Source of the DNA: Octopus sinensis
Lineage: Eukaryota
DNA length: 64,000 nucleotides
Direction: 5' to 3'
NCBI RefSeq assembly: GCF_006345805.1
Contig: NC_043008.1
Span: forward strand, 76,074,001-76,138,000
Positions 53,701-64,000 of the stretch are shown here, in pieces. Every line of letters starts with the position of its first letter. The stretch's first letter is position 1. The translations under genes and the position numbers were made by a program. Below the pieces are notes generated by a model. It saw nothing but the letters and a program-made list of their open reading frames with translations, ran no database searches and was not told the origin of the DNA.

Positions 53701-54384
53701 CATATATATATACATATATATATACAATATATATATATAGATATATATATATATATATATATATATCTACATATATATATATACATATATATATATGCAT
53801 ATATATATATACATATATATAGTACTGTTTCGTGTCGGTAAGATCATATATTTATGTATATATGCATATATATATGTATATATATGTATATATATATACA
53901 TACTAATACGTACTAATACATACTAATACATACACCAACCCCATACATACGCCTGTCCAGACCTATCCTACGCACTAATACTCTCTCATACACACACACA
54001 CACACCCACCCTTATACATACTAATACATACTAATACATACACCAACCCTATACATACACACGTCCAGACCCCTCCTACGCACTAATAGCTGGTCATTCA
54101 ACCCTATTATCTCCCCTTATTTCGCTCTCGCGTCTCATGTTTGATCTTTGACCTCTGGCCGAAATCAGATCGCCATGTTGATTCGTTAGTTACTGCACGC
54201 ATTTTTTTTCTCTCCTTCTTTCTGTGTTTTTTTCTCTCTGTGTATCTTTCTGTTGAAGAGCGTAGGCTCGAAACGTTAAAGACTTGTTTTATTTATATTT
54301 CCTGAGCGCCATACTAATACAATTGTTTGTTTGTTTTCCACCTGCCTTCGTCTTTTGTCTATTTTCATAAAGCTTCCCTTCATA

Positions 54385-54467
<83 letters not shown>

Positions 54468-54662
54468 TATATGTATATATACATATACATCTATATATAT
54501 ACATATACATCTATATATATATATACATATACACATATATATACATATACATATATATATATGTATATATATACATCTATATATATATACACATATATAT
54601 ATATATATATATCTACATATATATATATACATCTATATATATATACATATATATATATATAC

Positions 54663-54700
<38 letters not shown>

Positions 54701-54901
54701 CTATATATATACATATATATATATACATATATATATACATATATATATATACATATATATATATATACATATATATATATACATATATATATATGCATAT
54801 ATATATATACATATATATAGTACTGTTTCGTGTCGGTAAGATCATATATTTATGTATATATGCATATATATATGTATATATATGTATATATATATATACA
54901 T
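52901..54901. repeat. Tandem duplication, period 1001 bp
   Basis: ORFs 53326/54327 are offset by 1001. Unique parts appear identical; the internal (TA)-derived arrays differ; junctions lie in (TA)n. Confidence 0.95.
53244..53281 (+). ncRNA. Minimal hammerhead variant (copy 2 at 54245-54282)
   Basis: TCTTT-CTGTTGA-A-GAGC-GTAG-GCTC-GAAAC-GTT-AAAGA. All stems pair; core A6 is replaced by U; palindrome AACGTT. Confidence 0.6.
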
Positions 54902-57064
54902 ATATACACATATATATATTAAATAATATATGTTTATGTATGTATATATATATATATAAATATATATATATCAACTACCAAAATGGGACATGGACGCAAA
55001 ACATCCAAACAGTTAGGTAATACAAAAAAGGAACGACAAAATAACCAGACAGACGATACAAAGAAAACAAGGACAAAAACGACGGAGAAATGTTACACAA
55101 ATACAAATGCAAATAAGAGGACATAACATGTGCCTTTCGACTAAAGATGAATTAAATTAAGCTGGCGTGTGTGGAAGTAAACCTTACAGCAGGGACATAA
55201 TATTTGGGAGACACAGGGAGGAATATAGATGTTGCACGGATGTTAGTCGAACCAAGAAAGAAAAGTCAAGCTTGGCCGAACACCGGTCACGTGGGGAAAG
55301 AAGAGAGTGTTGTAGAGGCGGATGGATAAAGGACGTCATCAATGTTACAAACGACAGGAAATACGTAAAAACGAGAAAAAACGGAGAACAAAACATGTAA
55401 ACACAGAGAAAGTACACTTCATCAGTTGTCGACTGTCTATCTACTCGTCATTTCAAGCATTCATATATATATACATTATTGAAAGCGTAAGCAAAAACTG
55501 TATCTATGTTTATATACGGTGTAAAGTGTAGACGTATAACAAAGGTACGGATTTAAAATGCATATGAAAAAAATTATAGAATAAAAATAAACATAATATA
55601 AATACGAAAGAAAAACAGAAAAATTATAATTGTAGAAATTCAGAGCACCTAGTAAATATAATCTAAAGTGCATGACAATATGCACACATATAAATACACA
55701 TACACGTATCTATCTATAAATACTAGTTTGAAAATTTAAACAGAATATCGATAAAGGAACGAACGGAAATTTCACAAACAGGAAATGGAGCTGCTCTTTC
55801 CTCGTCAGTTATCATCAAAAAGATCATTACTATTTCTCGCCTTTAATGATAATGCTTTTCAATTTTGGTGCCGTCAACAGGGATATGCATTTAGGAATAG
55901 CGAGCGGACAATGAGGATAAAGGCGAAAACAATCGCATCACATGTATGTGAATATGTAAACAAAATAAATGATATACGAAGAAAATACACAAGCAAAATA
56001 CAAACAAAATAAAAGCCGTATGACTCGAGACAAAACATATATGTAGTAAAAGTATTGAAAATCTCCTAAAGGACTAGAAAGTGGACAAATGAGAGTAGAG
56101 GATGAAGAATGAAAAAACAAACGGTGAGAAAAGAACCCGTGTTCAAATTCGATGAAGGGAAAGATGCGTGACCGAAGCGTCACACATACACCCACGCGCA
56201 AATTTACACTCACACGCACACACACACACACACATTCTCTCTCTCAAACACACACAAATATATACGTATGTACACACACACACACATATATATATATATG
56301 CACATACACACACGCAGACATAGTCACGCCTATTTGATACGTACAGTCATGTGCTTGTATAAGCAAGCAAAGAATTAAAGATGTATAAGAAATAATCCAA
56401 CCTATAAACACAAATTTAAAAAAAGACTAGACTATATGTACATGCATATATATAAAACTTGACCATATATACGTGCAAAAACACTTAAAAACCTATTTGA
56501 AACCTTATATATATATATATATGCGTGTGTATGTGGGTGTCTTTGTGTATGTATGTATGTATGTATGTATGTACGTATGTATGTATGTATGTATGTATAA
56601 ATTGATAGATAGATAGATAAACAGATAGACATACAGACAACCTTCGTTTACTACTTGTTTCAGGCAGTTAAAAAATAGCTCTGTCAGTCCCAAATAGCTT
56701 TAAAAGGAATTTGAAAATCTTTGGCGTCCGGAGAGCTTAAGATTACATACCTCGGTTACTTTTAATGGCCCTATATACAGTTCTTCTGCTCTCTCTGCGG
56801 TTGTGCACGCTTGTGTGTACGATCAATAAATGACAAGTCCTGCAGGTTTTATGTGAAACAACATCAGGAAAAAAACATTGTCTGCATATTTCATATATGG
56901 ATAACACCACGATGTCTATGCCCTGCATGGAAATTTCGTCAATAAACATTTTTGCATAGTAATTCGAAATCCTAATATAATCACAAATCATTAGATCTAT
57001 TACATTTAAATTGTTATCTCCCTAATTCCCTAATTACAGATATGTCATTTTAAAACCGTATAAG

Positions 57065-57327
57065 TTGGGCTAGGTTATGGGAACGTAAACACACCAGCTT
57101 CGGTTGTCAAGCGATGGTGGGGGGACAAACACAGACACACAAACATATACACACACATACATATATATACATATATACAACGGGCTTCTTTCAGTTTCCG
57201 TCTACAAAATTCACTCACAAGGCTTTGGTCGGCCCCAGGCTATAGTAGAAAACACTTGTCCAAGGTGCCACTCAGTGGGCCTGAACATGGAAAATATGTG
57301 GTTGGTAAGCAAGTTACTTACAACACA
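57065..57327 (-). mobile_element. SINE family A, partial
   Basis: gggcttctttcagtttccgtctac...ctcacaaggctttggtcggcc...atgtggttggtaagcaag matches the reverse complement of 43691-43930. Confidence 0.85.
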
Positions 57328-57377
57328 ATGATTTAAACTTATGATATAGGATGAAAATGAATACATATAAACTGTAT

Positions 57378-57435
<58 letters not shown>

Positions 57436-57551
57436 TAAAAAGCACGCTATATATGTTTCTTAGTTAGCTGGAACTCTTGATATAATACATTATTTACATT
57501 ATTTGCACTATTAACATTTGACGGATATTTGTCAACATCTTGTTTGTTGTT

Positions 57552-57596
57552 AACACAACGTTTCGGGGATAAACCCTCCAGCCTTCATCATGTGTC
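57552..57596 (-). ncRNA. Relic minimal hammerhead
   Basis: Minus strand: ACAC-ATGATGA-AGG...CC-GAAAC-GTT-GTGT; C3 is mutated to A; stem II is decayed. Confidence 0.5.
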
Positions 57597-58507
57597 TTGG
57601 CGAAATATCAAACCAGGATTCTCATTCCTGAGGTACTTTTCGATGTTATCATTATTAGTATTATTACTATTACTATTATTATTATTCAGGTCACTGCCTG
57701 GAATCGAACTCCGAATCTTGGGGTTAGTTGCCCGCGCTTTTAAACACTACTCCATACAATGAGGTAAGCTTGTCAGGCTGAGATTACCTTAATGAAATGA
57801 AGTTTACATTGTCGCTCGGAATTTCGAAGTCAACTCCACCACCGTGGTGAGTTTAAATAAATTGAGAAGCCAGTACTAAAAGATTAAAACAAATAAAAAA
57901 TTGAAAAAATAATTATGTCAAGAGAACGAATGAGCGATCAGCAAAGGGTGAGACCCAAAATATGCAACAGTGGATGTTATTTAAAGTTGAGGAGTAGGAA
58001 GAAAAAGAGATAGAGAATGGAAGAATAAAGAAAGAAAATAAGGGAAAATAATTGATATCGTTAAGTATAAAATTTATGGTCATAAATTTTAATGTATAAA
58101 AAGTGTCGACGGATTTTGCCGACTGTAGCTGGGAACGCACATAATTTGGAAACACTCATACGCACATGAATACAAACACAAATATACACCCTAAATGCAC
58201 ACAAACACATAATTAAATATACACACATATACTAGGTGTATATAAACCCACTCTCATCGGTGCCGAGTAAAAAAGGAAGGGTTATATAAAATGCGCAAGG
58301 AAAATGGTAAAAAATTAAAAGAAATATATGAAACCAAAAAGGATAAAACAAATATCTAACGATAAAATGAAATGTAATACTAAGAAAATAGCAGAAAACA
58401 CCAAGATTGAAATTGCATTTTGATATATGCCTATATGTGTGTATGTGTATGTATGTAAATATATATATACACATACATATATCGTTTGGGTATGGTATAT
58501 GAGTTCA

Positions 58508-58604
58508 ACAAAAAATTAGATTCAGATGAATATGGTACTTAAGTTGAGGTACCAGAATTTAGTACGTTATTATCCATACAATTTCAAAATAAGCTTATTT
58601 TGAT

Positions 58605-58677
<73 letters not shown>

Positions 58678-58863
58678 AGTTCAGTAAAACTTAGATTCAG
58701 TTGAATATGGTATTGATGTCAAAGGCACCAGAATTTGGCATGGAATTATCCATATAATTTAAGATGGGGTGATTACAATCAAAATAAACAACAAGGATAT
58801 CCAGAGGTAATGCAGTACGATCGTTCTGCATTACATCTGGATATCCTTGTTGCTTATTTTGAT
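58508..58863 (+). repeat. Two tandem copies of a hairpin-terminated element (58508-58605, 58685-58863), the first followed by (TA)n and the second by (TA)/(TG)n
   Basis: Shared ttagattcag.tgaatatggta...ggtaccagaattt...ttatccata. Copy 2 ends in an 86-bp palindrome (58778-58863); copy 1 ends in a 20-bp palindrome (58584-58603). Confidence 0.85.
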
Positions 58864-58893
58864 AAATATATATATATACATATATACTCTTGG

Positions 58894-58934
<41 letters not shown>

Positions 58935-59340
58935 GTGTGTGTGTGTGTGAGTGTGTGTGTGTGTTTGTGTGTTTGCGTGTGCATTATGCACACGTGCATG
59001 TTTGCGTCTACCTTTAATTCGGGTGAGTAATGAAAATTCCGCGCGTGCGTACCGTTGGTGTGTGTATATGTGTGCGCATATTTGGCTGGGCGGCTGCATG
59101 CAATATTCATTTCATTAAGCTAAATTCATCCCCATGATTAACTACATTGAGCATAGCTCCTTGGATAACTATTCTATTAAGAGCTTCTGCCTACAAAGAA
59201 ACATATTTTGCGTCTATTTTCCTTGTTCCACTCCCTCAATTTTAATATGTATATGTATATAGTATTAATAGTAATCAAGTGAACGGAGATTTTCCACATC
59301 TATAATTTTGTTAATCAGCTATTTACAGCATTCTCTCGTG

Positions 59341-59424
59341 GAACTACGTACGTTTCGACAGCAACGACCGCACACTGTTTGATGTGCATTCTGGCGTTCA
59401 TATAGGTATAGTATCATCAAGGTC
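59341..59424 (-). ncRNA. Relic hammerhead-like motif
   Basis: Minus strand: GACC-TTGATGA-...-GTC-GAAAC-GTAC-GTA-GTTC; palindrome ACGTACGT; stems I and II are poor. Confidence 0.3.
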
Positions 59425-59900
59425 ATTTCTTATTGCCATTTGAAGCTAAGCTGAAGAAATGAGGAAGTTCACTGAATAAATTGTTTTTAGGTGGAGGTAT
59501 TACTATAAATAGTTGTATATTCAGTGATCCATTGTACATCAAAGCTAAGCTTCACCTGATTAACACACGTGCATCTGATATAAATTTGCTTTACAGCACA
59601 AATGGTAATGTATGGCATATGACAGATGACGTGAATTGTGAAATAAAACAAACTACAAAATCATTGATTAATTAAACGCTACGTTACAAATTACAATAAT
59701 TAATTCCGTAATTATCGAAACAAGGTAATCAATTACTTCAATATAGTCTCACTACATAGACATACATACACACACACACATACGGATAGCAAACAGACAA
59801 ACAGATGGATAGACAGATATACATATATATTTATACACATATACATTATATAGAAATATATATATATATCTTTATATGTGTACACACAGATATATATATA

Positions 59901-59953
<53 letters not shown>

Positions 59954-60043
59954 TGTATATATATATATTCATACATATATATGTATGTATGTTATATATA
60001 TATATATGCATGTAATATATATATTCATACATATATATGTATG

Positions 60044-60088
<45 letters not shown>

Positions 60089-60139
60089 ATATATATATAT
60101 ATATTATATATATATACATATATATATATATGTGTGTGT

Positions 60140-60770
60140 ATTTGAGAGTTGTAGCATTAGTGTAGAGTGGAAGCAGTGTCCGTAGATTCAGGGTTAGTAT
60201 TAGGGAAAGAGGTGGGTTATTCTAGTGTTAAGCTTTGTACTGTGGATAGAATAGAATTTTTGCGGAAGCCGCTTATTTGGACGGCCTGATTATAATAAGG
60301 GGCGTGAGTGTTAAAATTTCTTCATTAGCAGATAAGTTAGAGATTCTGGTAGATGTGACCCTGACCACTGTATTACGGATAAGTTTTGAGTGATTTCAGA
60401 AAGCATTTTTATATTGTAAGGATTGGTTGTGTTTATTGAAAGGGTGATATAAATCTGTGTTGATGTCGAGAGTAACATCTAAAAATTGGTCAGCTTAATG
60501 TCAATTTCGAATGAAATATTCAAGTTATAATTTTAAAGACATTTGTGTAGGGCTTTCTTGGTGCATTCCGCTGACGGTCGAGATAATCCAGCAGCTAAAA
60601 GGAGTGCATCATCCCTGCATATCCCACCCGAGAGGTTGAGGAAATATTGTTTAATTTGGGAGAAAAGGAATAGGTCAACTAGGTCAATAACCTGGGATGA
60701 GTCCGATACACCCATGGTATTATCGAAGAAATCCATATATGTGTTGCGACTGTAATTATTATCCTTAACG
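60140..60770 (-). mobile_element. Penelope-like RT fragment (C-terminal half)
   Basis: FFDNTMGVSDSSQVIDLVDLFL...GICRDDALL (YRDD equivalent)...FLDVTLDINT...RISNLSANEE. Confidence 0.8.
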
Positions 60771-61588
60771 TAAATTAGAGTCTGCTACGCAGCCAGGATG
60801 ATATTGATGATATATATATATATAGCTTTTCATACAAACTAACACAAAGGCGAGAACAGCGTTGAGAATGAGATGGTAACATTACTATAGCTGTCATATC
60901 ACTCGACGCTGCATACATACTTTCTTAGATATATAGATACAATACACACACACACAGAAAAGGGCGTGTGAGGAATACGTAGGTTTAAGTAGAGACGGGG
61001 TAGGTAGGTTTTCTGCTCTCCGTTGCAAAGAAATACACACACAGACACACACATACATACATACATACATACATACATACATACATACATACATACATAC
61101 ATACATACATGCATATATATACTTACATACGTACATATGTCTACTATACACCAACCTTCCTTCTTCCTCCCACTTTCCACCTCAATTAATATAACTTCCT
61201 ACTAGATTCATTTTTATCTCAAGGAGGAGCTTCCTTGAGTTAAATACATTGCAAGCAGAGGAACGAAACCCTGCCATCTTCCAGCAGATTACGCGATCAT
61301 CAGACTGTGCGGTCCAGAGTCATCTTTGTCTATTGTTGGTGGTAAACACCCGTCCACTGGAGATAGCAATAAGTTGCTCCAGCTAACAATGTATAGACAT
61401 AAACAAGCGTTACTCAGTCATTATCCTGCAGCAAGCAAAGTAGTTAGCGGGAAAATCTCTATAGATGTTAGTAGTAACTATACACTGAAATGACATTTAT
61501 CGCCTCATCAAAGTAGCCGTTCCTTACAAATCAACGTTACCACAGAATGAGCCTCCCAGCTAGTTCTCGATATAATCTGCACCCAATA

Positions 61589-61659
<71 letters not shown>

Positions 61660-62806
61660 CCAGTTGAATAGCCCATCGTTGCCAGGCAATTTTTACAATG
61701 TCTTTTATAATTTATTATTTATTCCACTTCAGAGAATACCTACCCCGTCTCTCCTGAAATCTATGTATTCTTGCCTCACCTCTTTCTCTCTCCCTCACCC
61801 TCTCTCCCTCTCTCTGTCTCTCTCACTCTCTCTCTGTTACTGCCTTTCCGTCAGACTAATACTTTTTGAACACTTCTCATTTTCTCATATAATTAGTCCA
61901 ACGCCCAGGGGTGCACACTATAGACTTTTATTGGAATCCAATCAGCCTCTTACTGAACTAGTTGTTAGAGTATGATGTATGAACACTTTCGTGAATATTA
62001 GTTCGCTGGTTTAGGAACTAAGATGGTAACAGTTAGAGAGACAGGCAGAAATTGCCATTTATATATATATATAGAAGGCAAGTATTGCTACTTCTCAGTA
62101 TAGTTACTACGTTCATCTCTTATAGAGATTTTCTATACACACACACACTCACACTCACACACACACTCACACTCACACACACACTCACACTCACACACAC
62201 TCACATACATACATACATACATACAAACTTATGTGCATGTATATAAAGTGAAGTATAACATTTCCATAGCAGGTATTTTAAACATTAGAAATGTTACTTG
62301 TCCCTCAAGACGTCAGCGAAGTTTCTTCGTTTCGGCGAATGATTTACTCACCATGTATCAGGTTCACTATTTCAAATTTTCTACCTGATTTGGTACGTTT
62401 ACATGTCATCCTATAAATTTTATGTTTCTCCTTTCCTAGAATAACAGACATTATCGCACAAGCTTCGAGTAAAATCGGCCGGGATATTACATTAGTGTTC
62501 ATTCCCATGAAGAATATGATACCACTATTGGCTGATTAAACACAATTGTGTAAGACACACATGCAATCACGGAATTTGCATGACACCATTTCCTTAGTAC
62601 GATTCCACAGTTTGCATAATATCAGAATTCACATATTAAATGAGGAGCTGATATATTTTTGATGTTGTTAAAATCCATCCTCCTCCTCACTTACTCCCTC
62701 TCTCTTACCGTCTCTCCCCACTCTCACTTTCCGTCTCTCCCCTTTCTCTCTCTCATTTTCTCTGTCTCTGTAGTAATTAAATTCATTAATTCTCTACACA
62801 CACACA

Positions 62807-62837
<31 letters not shown>

Positions 62838-62903
62838 TGATAAAAATAGTAAGACAACAAAAAATGAAAGAGACTTCGATATTATGCAAATAGAGAAATT
62901 TAT

Positions 62904-63039
62904 CTGTAAATGTAATATGTGAGAGCAATTTTTCCGATGGCCGGATAACTGAAGAGATAGCGGCGTGGATTTCCACACCGCCATCCGAAAATCGGAGTTT
63001 TATCATGGCTACCGAATAATTGTCACATATTACATTTAC

Positions 63040-63041
<2 letters not shown>
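62904..63041 (+). ncRNA. Decayed type I hammerhead embedded in a ~45-bp imperfect inverted repeat
   Basis: GATAA-CTGAAGA-GAT.GCGG.GTGG(attt)CCAC.CCGC.ATC-C-GAAAA-TCGGA-GTT-TTATC. The outer arms ctgtaaatgtaatatgtga / tcacatattacatttacag pair perfectly over 19 bp. Confidence 0.55.
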
Positions 63042-63103
<62 letters not shown>

Positions 63104-63247
63104 TAAGTAATTAAGGGTTTAGCAACGATTTGCCTCACCACACACCGAATTTAGAAATAGCAGTCAAAGAGTTATAGCTATTCTTTCTACTAAACGGGAG
63201 ATCTCAGTAAAACCACAGCACTTGAAAGGCAAACACAGACAGGCAAG

Positions 63248-63317
<70 letters not shown>

Positions 63318-63440
63318 TGTGTGTGGTGTGTGTGTGTGTGTGTATGTATATATACGCAAAAGTGAAAGTTGGAATGAGTGCTCAACACCGCATTGGTAGA
63401 TAAATACTTTCTTTATTTGTGAAATAATTCGCAAACAAAG

Positions 63441-63573
<133 letters not shown>

Positions 63574-63595
63574 ATATATATAAAGACCTTTAATT

Positions 63596-64000
63596 ATCAA
63601 AGACCATGAAAAGAACTTCCTAACTAATCCTAAATGTAGGCCTATTAACACAGTTAAATCAGAACTTGGCATTATTAGTAAAGAAATTTTAGGAAAAATC
63701 AATGCAAAAGTCAAGAATACCACTATGTTAGTACAATGGTCCAATAGTATAGAAGTCGTTGACAGGTTTAAAGCCATTAAGAATAAGATAAAGCGAGATT
63801 TACGCAATTCGATATTGTCGATTTTTAAGCCTCTATCTATAAGGAACTGCTAGATAAAGCCTTCACCTTCGCGAATTCATAGAAATCATTACACAGGATA
63901 AGGACATAATCTTCCATGCTTGAAAGACTTTACTCTTCAGCGAGAACTCAGAGTGAGTGGATCAAGACTACTGATACATATGGTGTTTTCGATGTGAGCA
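63596..64000 (+). mobile_element. Penelope-like RT fragment (N-terminal half); runs off the window end
   Basis: IKDHEKNFLTNPKCRPINTVKSELGIISK...QWSNS...FTQFDIVDF...KDIIFHA*KTLLF...WIK...FDV. Confidence 0.85.

Noticed and set aside
53326-55020. Long YI-repeat ORFs (up to 229 aa)
   Set aside because: (TA)n arrays lack stop codons; there is no coding signal. The same applies to 32835-33625 and 59805-60185.
55765-55812. CTGACGA followed by a GGAAA-GAGC/GCTC-TTTCC hairpin (minus strand)
   Set aside because: No GAAA follows the hairpin, and there is no stem I or III. The similar CTGAGGA (~34450) and CTGATGA (~55420) words were rejected for the same reason.
62438-62540. Acceptor-like tttcctag followed by an open frame (ITDIIAQASSKIGRD...) as a host exon
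   Set aside because: It is short, ends in a stop, has no recognisable domain and has no partner exons; similar weak candidates at 49575-49760 and 25925-26130 were also rejected.

Overview
Eukaryotic, AT-rich, microsatellite-dense DNA. The SINE and repeat consensus sequences look like those of an octopus or other cephalopod (inference from recall, not checked). I could not support any intact host gene, rRNA, functional tRNA or CRISPR array, and most short ORFs in the track are translations of (TA)n, (GATA)n, (CA)n or (TAA)n tracts. The window is a graveyard of decayed transposons: four Tx1/L1-type LINE pieces (one lacking its RT domain), R4/Dong-type RLE LINEs chained through (TAA)n tails, a near full-length HERO-type RLE LINE, several Penelope-like (PLE) fragments, three mariners, Tc1/mariner-superfamily fragments and many tRNA-derived SINEs. 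There are three near-identical tandem duplications with microsatellite breakpoints. The most interesting signals are: (i) nine hammerhead-ribozyme-like motifs at eight loci, one fully canonical in a PLE terminal repeat and one unexpectedly in the 3' region of the HERO LINE; (ii) a 4.1-kb TA-flanked unit (21096-25193) whose two arms are both the 3' end of a DNA transposon and which encloses that HERO; (iii) a (TAA)n-associated non-coding element interleaved with the Dong train; (iv) long foldback palindromes, one present in both full and collapsed form. Alignments and translations were done by eye, so identities and most boundaries are approximate.
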